The translations under genes and the position numbers were made by a program. From positions 1 to 64,000 of the forward strand of contig CAZNUA010000005.1 of the NCBI GenBank assembly GCA_964576115.1: 64,000 nucleotides of DNA, written 5' to 3'. Of this stretch, positions 18,848 to 28,509 are shown piece by piece. The notes below the pieces were generated by a model, which was not told the DNA's origin, did not search any database, and saw only the letters and a list, made by a program, of their open reading frames with translations. Every line of letters begins with the position of its first letter. The stretch's first letter is position 1. This DNA is from an uncultured Gemmatimonadota bacterium. Lineage in GTDB: Bacteria > Blakebacterota > Blakebacteria > Blakebacterales > Blakebacteraceae.

Positions 18848-20065
18848 TCACTCCGCCGGCGGTTCGGGGCGTACCGGGAACCAGATCCGTACCCGCGTTC
18901 CCTGCCCCACACCCGAGGATATCGACAGGGTACCTCCATGACGGTCCACGCATCCCTGGACGGTCGCCAGACCGAGACCGGCGTGACGGGAAGGGTGCCG
19001 GGTGCTGTAAAAGGGATGCACGGCCCGTTCGAGGACCTCAGCCGTCATACCGGGCCCCTCGTCGCGGATCGTCACGGTGATCCCGTCCGGTTCGGCGGCA
19101 CACTCCACTGAGACCGCGGTACCGTCGGGGGCCGCTTCCAGGGCGTTGCGGGTCACCTCTATCAGAGCGTCGGTCACCTGTACCCGGTCGGCCACGATGG
19201 CGGGCAGACCGCGGGGGATCTCGGCTGTGAGCCGAACCCCCGACGGGCGCTCCGGTTCGAGACGGCGGATGGTCTCGGCCGCACAATCGGCCAGGCTCAT
19301 CGTTTCGACCAGCAGGGGAGCAGAGCCCGAGAAAGCGGCCAGGCGGGCCAGCAGGTGGAAGGTCCGGTCGAGACCTTCCTCGACATAGAGTAGAAATCGC
19401 AGAGCGGGAGCCGATTTGTCGGTCAGGCCGATGGCCCGATGAAGAGAGGGCAGAACGGCTGAGAGTCGCTCGCGCATGCGGCGGGCCAGGGCTCCCGCGG
19501 CAAAGGGCAGACTCTCTCCAGCCGCCGGCCAGCCACCCCCTTCGGCCGCCGGTGATGGACTCCCGACCCGGGCCGGTGGAACCGGCGCCGCCGGCAGGGT
19601 TTCGAGAAGCCGCGCCCATCGGGACCAGGCGAACAGGCGGTCTTCGGCCCCGTACGGCAGGTGCGTCCAGTGCATCGAAACCAGGGCGGCGGCGGGAATG
19701 CCTGCCCCGGAGAGGGGCAGGAGAGCGGTCGGGCCGGCCGGCAGGCGCTCGCCGAGAAGGGGGATCGCGTCCCCCTGCAGGCTACCGCTCCCGGGACCGA
19801 ACAGACGCATGGCGCCGCTGTCGGCGACCTCGCCGAGGATTCCGCCCGGCGTCTTGATGATCTCGCCGCAGGGCAGATCGGCGGGTGAAGCGGCGTCCAG
19901 ACGCATCCCCGCTTCGACCCGACGCCAGAGACAGGTTGCCTCAGCACCGGCATCGCGTCGCAGGGCCGAGAGGATCTTCTGTTCGAGATCGGCGGAGAAG
20001 GGTAGACTGAGAGAGGATGCCTCGGGCCCGCCGGCCGGCCGGGATATGTGCGGGTGGCTCACCAT
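18848..20065 (-). CDS. Histidine kinase-like ATPase with GAF-like N-terminus, lacking the H-box His
   Basis: N box (TRNALEA), G1 (DEGPGM), F (PFYST) and G2 (AGLGL) present; H-box position reads ALARRMRERL; start uncertain (ORF track 20170). Confidence 0.75.
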   Translation of the reverse strand: MVSHPHISRPAGGPEASSLSLPFSADLEQKILSALRRDAGAEATCLWRRVEAGMRLDAASPADLPCGEIIKTPGGILGEVADSGAMRLFGPGSGSLQGDAIPLLGERLPAGPTALLPLSGAGIPAAALVSMHWTHLPYGAEDRLFAWSRWARLLETLPAAPVPPARVGSPSPAAEGGGWPAAGESLPFAAGALARRMRERLSAVLPSLHRAIGLTDKSAPALRFLLYVEEGLDRTFHLLARLAAFSGSAPLLVETMSLADCAAETIRRLEPERPSGVRLTAEIPRGLPAIVADRVQVTDALIEVTRNALEAAPDGTAVSVECAAEPDGITVTIRDEGPGMTAEVLERAVHPFYSTRHPSRHAGLGLATVQGCVDRHGGTLSISSGVGQGTRVRIWFPVRPEPPAE

Positions 20066-20178
20066 GGTTCCCTCACGATAGCGGCAGACCCCGACGCGGG
20101 CTCCGGGTGGCGATGGTTCGGGGCTGTCGAGAGGACCTGTGAAGACGCAATTAATCAATAAATTGTGCAAATTTTAAC

Positions 20179-20206
20179 TTGCACATACAACATATTGTGT
20201 TATGGT
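20179..20206 (+). promoter_or_regulatory. nrdJ promoter with an NrdR box (20185-20200) filling the spacer
   Basis: TTGCAC-[ATACAACATATTGTGT]-TATGGT; the box matches the acaCwAtATaTwGtgt consensus at 14 of 16 positions. Confidence 0.8.
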
Positions 20207-20311
20207 CGAAAGTCCGTGGAAAATCCGCCTCCGGTGCTGGGGCGCTTTTCCCGGTGCGGCCAGGACAAGTAAGGGCGGGGAACGGACGACCGACGGAAGG
20301 GGAGGACGGGC

Positions 20312-23179
20312 ATGAGTATTCAGGCGCGGAGCCGTAGGGCGCAGGAACGACGGCAGACCTTCGAGCAGAGCCGATTCGCCTTGGCCCCGCGCGACGGGAT
20401 CACCATCGAGCGGGTCTTCACCACCCCCGGTACCCACCCCTATGAGACCGTCACCTGGGAGCGGCGCGACTCGGCGATCACCAACAGCCGGGGCGAGACC
20501 ATCTTCGAACGGAAAGATGTCGAGGTACCGGAGAGCTGGTCTCAACTTGCCACCAACGTTGTCGTTTCGAAATACTTCGCCGGTCCGGGCTCAGACCGTC
20601 CGTGCGAGAACTCGGTCCGTCAGCTGATCGACCGGGTGGTCGGCACGATCACCCGATGGGGTCGCGAGGGAGGGTATTTCGCCGACGAATACGACGCCGA
20701 GGCCTTCGAGGCCGAACTGACTCATCTGACCCTGAACCAGTACATGGCCTTCAACTCGCCGGTCTGGTTCAACCTGGGGATCGAGACAGAGCCGCAGTGT
20801 TCGGCCTGCTTCATCAATTCGGTCGAGGACACCATGGAGTCGATCCTCGACCTGGCCAAAACCGAGGGGATGCTCTTCAAATACGGTTCCGGAACGGGAA
20901 CCAATCTATCCCCCCTGCGCAGTTCGTGCGAAAAACTCTCCTTCGGAGGCACGCCCTCGGGGCCGGTTTCCTTCATGAAGGGTTTCGACGCTTTCGCCGG
21001 GGTGATCAAGTCGGGGGGCAAGACCCGACGGGCGGCCAAGATGGTGATCCTGAACGCCGACCATCCCGATATCAGGCTCTTCATCGCCTCGAAGGCTCAT
21101 GAGGAGAAGAAGGCCTGGGCTCTGATCGACGCCGGCTATGACAGTTCTCTCGACGGCGAGGCCTACGGCAGCGTTTTCTTCCAGAATGCCAATCATACCG
21201 TCCGGGTGACCGATGAATTCATGCACGCCTGGACCAACGATGAATCCTACCCCCTGCGGCTGGTCACCACCGGCGAGGAGATCGAGACCGTATCGGCCCG
21301 TGAGATCCTGACCCGGATGGCCGAGGCGGCCTGGATCTGCGGCGATCCGGGCATCCAGTACGACACCACCATCAACGACTGGCACACCTGTGCCGCGACC
21401 GACCGCATCCACGCCTCGAATCCCTGCTCGGAATACATGTTCCTGAACGATTCGGCCTGCAATCTGGCCAGCCTGAACCTGATGAAGTTCAGAACCGCGG
21501 AGGGCGGTTTCGACGCCCGGGCCTTGGTTCAGGCGGTGACCATCACCCTGCTGGCGCAGGAGATCATCGTCGATAACGCCCACTACCCGACCGGGCAGAT
21601 CGCCGCCAATTCCCATGCCTTCCGTCCCCTCGGCCTGGGCTATGCCAACCTCGGGGCGCTGCTGATGAGCCGCGGGCTGGCGTATGATTCGGATGCGGGG
21701 CGCTCCTTCGCGGCGGCGGTGACCAGTCTGATGAGCGGCGCCGCCTACCTGACCAGTGTCCGTCTGGCGGCCAGCCACGGCCCCTTCGAAGGTTATCCGG
21801 AGAACGAGTCGGCGATGTTGCGGGTGATCGACCGGCATCGCGAGGCCGCCGGACGGATCGGGGGCGAAAAGAACGGGGAAAAGCTGCTCGCAACCCAGCG
21901 CGAGATCTGGGCCGAGGTCGCCGAAGCCGGGGCGAAGCACGGTTTTCGCAACGCCCAGGTCACCGTGCTGGCGCCGACCGGAACAATCGCCTTCATGATG
22001 GACTGCGACACCACCGGCATCGAGCCCGACATCGCCCTGGTCAAGTACAAGAAACTGGTCGGTGGAGGCATGCTGAAGATCGTCAACCGGACCGTTCCGC
22101 TGGCCCTCGAACAGCTCGGGTACGATCCCGATACGATCCGGGAGATCGTCGAGTACGTCGACGACTCCGACACCATCGAAGGCGCCCCCGGACTGATCGA
22201 TGAACATCTACCGGTCTTCGACTGCGCTTTCAAGCCGGCCGGAGGAGTGCGCTCGATCCACTGGATGGGACACATCCGGATGATGGCCGCCGTACAACCG
22301 TTTCTTTCGGGAGCGATCTCGAAGACGGTCAACATGCCCCACGAGGCCGACCCGGAGGATATCGAGAAGGCCTATGTCGAAGGCTGGCGGCTGGGTCTGA
22401 AAGCCCTGGCTGTCTACCGCGACGGGTGCAAGCGCACCCAGCCCCTGAACGTGACCAGGGAGGGTGGAACCGCAGCCGCGCCGCCCCCCCCGGCACCGGG
22501 AACGATGACGGACACGGGGCGGCCGATCCGGCGCCGGCTGCCCGAGGAGCGCCGGGCCGTGACCCACAAGTTCACCGTGGCCGGCCACGAAGGCTACATT
22601 ACGGTGGGCATGTACGAGGACGGTACCCCCGGCGAGATCTTTATCGTCATGGCCAAAGAAGGCTCGACGATTTCGGGCCTGATGGACACCATCGCCACCA
22701 TGGCCAGTATCTCTCTGCAGTACGGCGTGCCGCTCGAAGCACTGGTGAACAAGTTCAGCCACATGAGGTTCGAACCGGCCGGATTCACCCAGAACCGCGA
22801 AATACCGATCGCGAAATCGATCATCGACTACGTCTTCCGCTGGCTGGCGCTGAAATTCCTCTCTCCTGCGGCGCCGATCGAGACGGGAGAAGAGGAACCG
22901 GATGAGGCGGCCGACACCGCCGCCCAACCATCCGACTCCGACACTGAAATCGAGGCGGATGAGGAAACCGAAGCGGCCGGACAGGAAAATCCGTCGACCG
23001 CCGGTCTGGATGACGAACCGCGTGCGGGTTTCGTTCCCCCCGACGCCGATGTCAGCGACCTGTCGCTGGTACAGTCACAGGCCGACGCCCCCTCCTGCTA
23101 CAACTGCGGCAGCATCATGGTCCGCAGCGGTTCGTGCTACAAGTGCCTGAACTGCGGCGCCACCAGCGGCTGTTCCTGA
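20312..23179 (+). CDS. nrdJ: Class II (adenosylcobalamin-dependent) ribonucleotide reductase with fused C-terminal TSCPD/zinc-ribbon domain
   Basis: FNSPVWFN, CSACFI, KSGGKTRRAAKM, SNPCSEY, APTGTI, AISKTVN; C-terminal CxxC...CxxC...SGCS. Confidence 0.96.
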   Translation: MSIQARSRRAQERRQTFEQSRFALAPRDGITIERVFTTPGTHPYETVTWERRDSAITNSRGETIFERKDVEVPESWSQLATNVVVSKYFAGPGSDRPCENSVRQLIDRVVGTITRWGREGGYFADEYDAEAFEAELTHLTLNQYMAFNSPVWFNLGIETEPQCSACFINSVEDTMESILDLAKTEGMLFKYGSGTGTNLSPLRSSCEKLSFGGTPSGPVSFMKGFDAFAGVIKSGGKTRRAAKMVILNADHPDIRLFIASKAHEEKKAWALIDAGYDSSLDGEAYGSVFFQNANHTVRVTDEFMHAWTNDESYPLRLVTTGEEIETVSAREILTRMAEAAWICGDPGIQYDTTINDWHTCAATDRIHASNPCSEYMFLNDSACNLASLNLMKFRTAEGGFDARALVQAVTITLLAQEIIVDNAHYPTGQIAANSHAFRPLGLGYANLGALLMSRGLAYDSDAGRSFAAAVTSLMSGAAYLTSVRLAASHGPFEGYPENESAMLRVIDRHREAAGRIGGEKNGEKLLATQREIWAEVAEAGAKHGFRNAQVTVLAPTGTIAFMMDCDTTGIEPDIALVKYKKLVGGGMLKIVNRTVPLALEQLGYDPDTIREIVEYVDDSDTIEGAPGLIDEHLPVFDCAFKPAGGVRSIHWMGHIRMMAAVQPFLSGAISKTVNMPHEADPEDIEKAYVEGWRLGLKALAVYRDGCKRTQPLNVTREGGTAAAPPPPAPGTMTDTGRPIRRRLPEERRAVTHKFTVAGHEGYITVGMYEDGTPGEIFIVMAKEGSTISGLMDTIATMASISLQYGVPLEALVNKFSHMRFEPAGFTQNREIPIAKSIIDYVFRWLALKFLSPAAPIETGEEEPDEAADTAAQPSDSDTEIEADEETEAAGQENPSTAGLDDEPRAGFVPPDADVSDLSLVQSQADAPSCYNCGSIMVRSGSCYKCLNCGATSGCS

Positions 23180-23243
23180 GATCGTCGGCATTCGGTTCCA
23201 GGGCCGTCGGGACTCAGAGCAGGGCTCCGGCGGCGGCCGGGAT

Positions 23244-24089
23244 TCAGGTCTGTTCCTGCGTGAGATTTGCCCAGGCTGCGGTAACCGTAGCTCCCAGATA
23301 GAACGTCTGAGCGATATAGAAAACCCATACCATCAGTACCAGCAGTGATCCGGCCGCACTGTAGAGAGTGGTGATCGTGGTGCTTTGTCTGAAGTAGATT
23401 CCCAGGAGGATCTTCCCGAGCACGAACAGGGTGGCGGTCACAGCCGAACCGGGAAGAATGATCCGCCATCTCATCCGGCCGCTGGGGAGAACTCGGAAAA
23501 TGAGCAGGATGAAGAACCAGGCGGTGATCCAGGACACGGATATATCCCCGATGGTGGTGATGGTATCCGAGAGGGACGGTACCGCGGCGGCGGCAAGCGA
23601 AAGGATGATGGTTGAAACAGCCTGGAGAAAGAAGAGCACGATCAGGCAGAGCTCGATCACGAGAGTGAAGAGCATTGAGAACCAGCGACCGATAACGATA
23701 TCCCTGACCTGGTTGTTGCCGGTTGTCAGACCCCAGAGACGGCTGAGGGTTCGGCGCAGGAGATTGAACATGGATGAGGCTGAATAGAGCAGAATCATGA
23801 TACCGAAAATAGAGAATCCCCAGCCTGAGCCCGATGAAGCTGCGGCGACGATGCTCTGGATGGATTGAGCAATTCTCTCTCCGGTCAGAGAGACAAGGGT
23901 TAAAAAGATATCGTTCCGGGCGGCATCGTCGCCGAGCACCGCTCCGAGCAGCATGAACGAGAAATAAACCAGCGGGACAAAGGAGATCATGACATAGAAC
24001 GAGAGTGCCGCCCCCATCTGCCACACGTCATTGGTTTGGTGGATCCGCACCGCCCGATCGAGGACCGATCGCCATCGGTTTTCCCTCAC
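23244..24089 (-). CDS. YihY / virulence factor BrkB family membrane protein
   Basis: GAALSFY, LLYSASSMF, YSAAGSLLVLMVWVFY and FYLGA motifs; 6 TM; GTG start chosen (ORF track 24176). Confidence 0.88.
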   Translation of the reverse strand: MRENRWRSVLDRAVRIHQTNDVWQMGAALSFYVMISFVPLVYFSFMLLGAVLGDDAARNDIFLTLVSLTGERIAQSIQSIVAAASSGSGWGFSIFGIMILLYSASSMFNLLRRTLSRLWGLTTGNNQVRDIVIGRWFSMLFTLVIELCLIVLFFLQAVSTIILSLAAAAVPSLSDTITTIGDISVSWITAWFFILLIFRVLPSGRMRWRIILPGSAVTATLFVLGKILLGIYFRQSTTITTLYSAAGSLLVLMVWVFYIAQTFYLGATVTAAWANLTQEQT

Positions 24090-24293
24090 CAATTCCCCCT
24101 CTCTTCGGAACCCACATTCCCGATCGTCCGGCAGGGGACAGGTTCTCCTGTCACGATTCGGGATTGAATGATACACTTGCCGGGCTCAGTTTCTCCAGAA
24201 CTACGCTGGCCCGGTCGCTCACCATAGCTGCCAGTGGATTTGTCGTGACCGTCGGTGAAATCAGGCTCTGACAGTATGCACAAAGGAAGGCGC

Positions 24294-24752
24294 ATGATGT
24301 CTGGACGAAGGAAGATGACCACGGGGATGGTAGTTGTATCCGGTATCTGCGTTCTCCTTGCCGTCGGGCTCATTGCCGGCTGTGCCGGCTCGACGGCCGG
24401 GAGCGGCGCCGCCCCCGCCCGGGAGGCGGCTGTGCCCGAGGCGGATTTCGCCGGCACCTGGAAGGGGCCCTTTTCGATCAGTATGGGGGGTGGGGATGTC
24501 GTCCTGACGCTGGAGCGGGCCGGGGAGTCGTACACCGGCCGCGCGGCGGTGGATTTCGAGGGGATGGTCATGGAGGGATCGATCTACCGCCAGACCTTCG
24601 AGGGCACCGGCTGCAGCTTCTGGGTAAGCCTCGATATCTACGATGTGCATATGACCGGCCGGATCGAGGAGGGGCACCTGCGGGGCGAGATGGAAGTGTT
24701 CATGGAGAGCGAGATGGTCGAAACCGGGAGTTTCGTTCTCAAGAAAGACTGA
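24294..24752 (+). CDS. Hypothetical small beta-rich lipoprotein
   Basis: LIAGC lipobox; FAGTWKG motif; start uncertain. Confidence 0.65.
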   Translation: MMSGRRKMTTGMVVVSGICVLLAVGLIAGCAGSTAGSGAAPAREAAVPEADFAGTWKGPFSISMGGGDVVLTLERAGESYTGRAAVDFEGMVMEGSIYRQTFEGTGCSFWVSLDIYDVHMTGRIEEGHLRGEMEVFMESEMVETGSFVLKKD

Positions 24753-24785
24753 GACAACCGGCGTTTCGCTGCCGGCCGGCAGGTG

Positions 24786-25484
24786 CTATTCGACCGTTTC
24801 ACCCCGGATCAGGTCGGCCAGCCGGCCGGAAAGTGACACCCGTCCGACGGCGGTCACCAGGGTGATGCCGGGGGGGATGTCCTCTTCGGCAGCCGGTTCT
24901 TCCACGGCCGCGACCTCGACGACGACCCCCGGCTTCAAACCCCGTTCGGCCAGTTCGGCCAGGTGCTCCGAATCCTGAGTCAGTAGACGGGAGATGCGGA
25001 AACGGCTTCCCGGCGCGGCGCGAGACAGTCGCCGGCTCGGGGTCTGCGGCAGGGTTCCCTCGGCCGATGGGATCGGATCGCCGTGCGGGTCGTGGGTCGG
25101 GCGACCGAGCAGCGCGTCGAGCCGCTCGACGAAGCGGTCGGAAACGGCATGCTCGAGAACTTCGGCCTCGGCGTGAACCTCGTCCCAGCTGTAGCCCAGG
25201 TGTTCGACCATCAGGGTCTCGATCAGGCGATGTCGGCGGACCAGCCGGAGTGCGATCCCGGTTCCTTCGGCGGTCAGGGTCGCGCCGTAGTACCGTTCGT
25301 GGTGCACCAGGCCGAGTTCGTGGAGTCGGGACAGCATCTCGGAGACGCTGGGCGCCGACACCCCCAGGCGTTCGGCCAGATCCCGGGTCGAGACCGATTC
25401 GTCCTCCCCCAGGATCCAGATCGCTTTCAGGTAATCCCCGACCGACTCGGAGACACCCGTGCCTGCTGCTTCGGGGTTGGCCAT
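24786..25484 (-). CDS. DtxR/MntR family metal-dependent repressor with FeoA-like domain
   Basis: DYLKAI, SVSEML, RRHRLIE, VHAEAEVLEHA and DPHGDPIP motifs. Confidence 0.92.
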   Translation of the reverse strand: MANPEAAGTGVSESVGDYLKAIWILGEDESVSTRDLAERLGVSAPSVSEMLSRLHELGLVHHERYYGATLTAEGTGIALRLVRRHRLIETLMVEHLGYSWDEVHAEAEVLEHAVSDRFVERLDALLGRPTHDPHGDPIPSAEGTLPQTPSRRLSRAAPGSRFRISRLLTQDSEHLAELAERGLKPGVVVEVAAVEEPAAEEDIPPGITLVTAVGRVSLSGRLADLIRGETVE

Positions 25485-25709
25485 GCCCGATACAAAGCAG
25501 GCCCGGGATGCGGTCGTCAAGGGGGAAGGCTCTCGTGTCATGCCATGTGACACCTGTTGCGTGGCAGGGCGCCAGGTTCCGCTTGCTCCGGCGGGTCATG
25601 AGTGCCCTACAATGGCGCCAGAGACGGCAGAACAGCTCCGCGACCGGACACGCCGTCGGCGGGCGGTTGCAGCGCCAACCGGCCGCGGACCAACGATCGG
25701 GAGAACGAC

Positions 25710-26240
25710 GTGGGAACCAGGGAGATCACACCCGACTACTTCAATGGACATCTGATCGTGGCCGCCACCCGGGTGCTCGAGCACCGCGGGGGGCGGCCGC
25801 CGACCATGGAGGAGATCGGCACCCTGCTCGGAATTTCGCACGAGGTGGTGGGAGCGGTGGCCCGGGCCCTGGAGAGCCATGGCATAGTAAAGATCCACAC
25901 CACCCCTTTCGATACCCGCATCGAAGTGGACGATCACACCGCCCTCGAGGAACTGCCCCGTGACGGCTCGGGCGGCGCCATGAAGGAAGAAATCGACGCC
26001 TTCCGCCAGCGCACCCGGGAGAAGCAGGAGAAGATGGACACTCTCTTCGACGGGGGTGAGTACCAGAAGAAAAAAGCCGAGAAACACGCCGGACTCGACG
26101 CCCAGCTCAAAGAGTGGCAGAAAAAACGGGCCATCAATCCATTCGCAGGATCAGCGGAAGATGAGTCGGGCTCGGGAGTCGAGAGTGAAGCAGATGAGGA
26201 GGCGGGGGAGGAATCCCCGGATGAACCGGAGGTAAATTGA
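25710..26240 (+). CDS. Hypothetical winged-helix protein with coiled coil and acidic tail
   Basis: RPPTMEEIGTLLGIS...ARALESHGIV HTH-like segment; typical codon usage from the GTG at 25710. Confidence 0.6.
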   Translation: MGTREITPDYFNGHLIVAATRVLEHRGGRPPTMEEIGTLLGISHEVVGAVARALESHGIVKIHTTPFDTRIEVDDHTALEELPRDGSGGAMKEEIDAFRQRTREKQEKMDTLFDGGEYQKKKAEKHAGLDAQLKEWQKKRAINPFAGSAEDESGSGVESEADEEAGEESPDEPEVN

Positions 26241-26377
26241 GCGTACCCATCTCCGATACGAATTGCCTATACTGTCCCGGCGAACGGAGGGCGGTGCCCC
26301 TGGTCCCGGCGGTTTCGCCCGGTCAGCCAGACAAGACATGACACCGTGAGGTGCGGCAGCCGAGATCCCGACATTCG

Positions 26378-26875
26378 ATGATTCTGGAACGACATCCCCT
26401 CAGACTGACCCTCTCACTCTTCCTCTTTCTCCTGATTCTCTGGTCGCTTGCCTCAGGGCACTACACCCCCCTGCTCATCAGCTTCGGGATCATATCGTGC
26501 GCCTTCGTGGTGCTGCTCAGCTGGCGGATGGGCACTCTCGACTCCGAGGCGATGCCGACTCATATGTTGTGGGGAGCAGTGCGCTACGTGCCCTGGCTGG
26601 CCCGGGCGGTTTTCCAGGCCAACCTCGATGTGGCCCGGCGGGTGCTCAGCCGCCGCCCCGACCTGACCCCCCGCATCATCGAGGCCCCCACCACGCAGAA
26701 GACCGACCTCGGGCGAGTGCTGTTCGCCAACTCCATTACCCTGACCCCCGGCACCGTTTCGATCCGGGTTCACCCCGACCGGATCGTGGTTCACGCCATC
26801 GCCTCCGAAGCCGCCGAGGAACTGCTGGAGGGTGAGATGGACTCCCAGGTCACCCGCATGGAGGGCCTGGCCTGA
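26378..26875 (+). CDS. mrpE: Mrp/Mnh Na+/H+ antiporter subunit E
   Basis: ANLDVA and ANSITLTPGT motifs. Confidence 0.92.
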   Translation: MILERHPLRLTLSLFLFLLILWSLASGHYTPLLISFGIISCAFVVLLSWRMGTLDSEAMPTHMLWGAVRYVPWLARAVFQANLDVARRVLSRRPDLTPRIIEAPTTQKTDLGRVLFANSITLTPGTVSIRVHPDRIVVHAIASEAAEELLEGEMDSQVTRMEGLA

Positions 26876-27171
26876 TGCTCTCCATGTTCGGAGCCGCCAT
26901 GGCCGCCCTGCTGGTCTGCATGGTCCTGACCCTGCTGCGGGCCTTCCTGGGGCCGACCGTTTTCGACCGCATCCTGGCGGTGAACAGTTTCGGCACCAAG
27001 ACGGTGCTGGTGATCGCGCTCTTCAACTTCCTGACCGGGCGGCCCGAGTTTCTCGATCTGGCCATGGTCTACGCCCTGATCAACTTCCTGGGCACGATGG
27101 CGGCCATGAAGTTCGTGCGATTCGGCGATCTGGCGGGGATGGAAAAGCCCGATACCGAGGAGGTCTACTGA
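26875..27171 (+). CDS. mrpF: Mrp antiporter subunit F
   Basis: GPTVFDRILA; DLAMVYALINF. Confidence 0.92.
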   Translation: MLSMFGAAMAALLVCMVLTLLRAFLGPTVFDRILAVNSFGTKTVLVIALFNFLTGRPEFLDLAMVYALINFLGTMAAMKFVRFGDLAGMEKPDTEEVY

Positions 27172-27173
27172 GC

Positions 27174-27503
27174 ATGGCGACCCTGCTCGACATCCTCAGC
27201 TGGGTCCTCCTGATTTCGGGCGCCTTTTTCGTTGTGATCGGCGGCATCGGTCTGGTGCGCCTGCCCGACTTCTACACCCGTATCCATGCCGCCGGGATGA
27301 CCGACACCCTCGGTTCGTGGCTGATCCTGCTGGGGCTGATGCTGCAATCCGGTTCCTTCCTGGTCTTCATCAAACTGGTCATGATTCTCTTCTTCCTGCT
27401 GCTCACCAGCCCCCTCTCGAGTCACCTGCTCGCCAAGGCGGCCTGGCTCGACGGCCTGCCGCCCTGGAGCCCCGGGGCCGCGGAGGGAGGTGAGGAGCGA
27501 TGA
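27174..27503 (+). CDS. mrpG: Mrp antiporter subunit G
   Basis: RLPDFYTRIHAA; TSPLSSHLLAKAA. Confidence 0.92.
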   Translation: MATLLDILSWVLLISGAFFVVIGGIGLVRLPDFYTRIHAAGMTDTLGSWLILLGLMLQSGSFLVFIKLVMILFFLLLTSPLSSHLLAKAAWLDGLPPWSPGAAEGGEER

Positions 27504-28081
27504 TCATGGTCGTCCACATCGTTCTCTTCATCTTCCTGGCGGCGGTGGCCGTGGCGGTGGTGCGCCTGCGTGATCTCTTTGCGGCGGTGATGCTGGCCGG
27601 GATCTTCAGCCTGCTCTCGGCCACGCTGTTCACCGTCATGGATGCGGTGGATGTGGCCTTCACCGAAGCCGCGGTCGGAGCGGGGATCTCGACCATTCTG
27701 ATGCTCGGCACCCTGGCCCTTACCGTCCGGCGCGAGAAACCCGAATACAACCGTCCCCGGCCCCTGGCCCTGCTGGCGGTCCTCTTCACGGGCGCCGTGC
27801 TCGTCTACGGCACCCTCGACATGCCGCGCTACGGCGATCCCGAGGCTCCCATTCATCACTATATGGCACCCCGCTTCATCGAGGACTCCCCGGTCGAAAT
27901 CGGCATTCCCAACGAGGTCACCTCGGTCCTGGCTTCCTACCGGGGTTATGACACCTGGGGGGAGACGACGGTGATCTTCACCGCCGCCATCGGGGTCATT
28001 CTCCTGCTCGGAGGCTCGCCGGGGGTGCGCCGGCGCCTGCGTCACGCTTCGGACGGTACTCTGCCGGGAGATGACGCATGA
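27500..28081 (+). CDS. DUF4040-domain Mrp subunit (equivalent to the MrpA C-terminus / MrpB N-part)
   Basis: AVDVAFTEAAVGAG; NEVTSVLASYRGYDTWGE. Confidence 0.88.
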   Translation: MIMVVHIVLFIFLAAVAVAVVRLRDLFAAVMLAGIFSLLSATLFTVMDAVDVAFTEAAVGAGISTILMLGTLALTVRREKPEYNRPRPLALLAVLFTGAVLVYGTLDMPRYGDPEAPIHHYMAPRFIEDSPVEIGIPNEVTSVLASYRGYDTWGETTVIFTAAIGVILLLGGSPGVRRRLRHASDGTLPGDDA

Positions 28082-28509
28082 TCCGCCACGTCATCCCCCG
28101 CGCGGTGGGCAAGCTGCTCATTCCCCTGATCATGCTTTTCGCCCTCTACGTGCAGTTCCACGGTGATTACGGCCCCGGGGGCGGGTTCCAGGCCGGGGTC
28201 ATCTTCGGAGCCGGGATCATTCTCTACGCCCTGCTCTTCGGGCTGGACCGGGCCCGCCGGGTCTTCCGGCCGCGCGTGCTGCAGATCTTCATTTCCCTGG
28301 GAGTGCTGCTCTACGGTTCGGTCGGTATCGCCGCCATGCTCAAGGGGGGCGATTTCCTCAATTACAGCGTGCTGGCCCACGATCCGGTCCACGGCCAGCA
28401 CCTGGGGATCCTGCTGGTTGAACTGGGGGTCGGCATCACCGTAGCGGCGGTGATGGCCACCATCTTCTTCCTCTTCGCGGGCTGGCGCCGGGAGGCCAGT
28501 GATGGCTGA
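28078..28509 (+). CDS. mrpB: Mrp antiporter subunit B
   Basis: HGDYGPGGGFQAG; ELGVGITV. Confidence 0.92.
   Translation: MIRHVIPRAVGKLLIPLIMLFALYVQFHGDYGPGGGFQAGVIFGAGIILYALLFGLDRARRVFRPRVLQIFISLGVLLYGSVGIAAMLKGGDFLNYSVLAHDPVHGQHLGILLVELGVGITVAAVMATIFFLFAGWRREASDG

Noticed and set aside
20312-23179. Intein or intron in nrdJ, or a cobalamin riboswitch upstream
   Set aside because: Catalytic motifs are contiguous, with no splicing or endonuclease motifs; the extra length is the acidic linker plus TSCPD domain. No B12-box was seen in the short leader.
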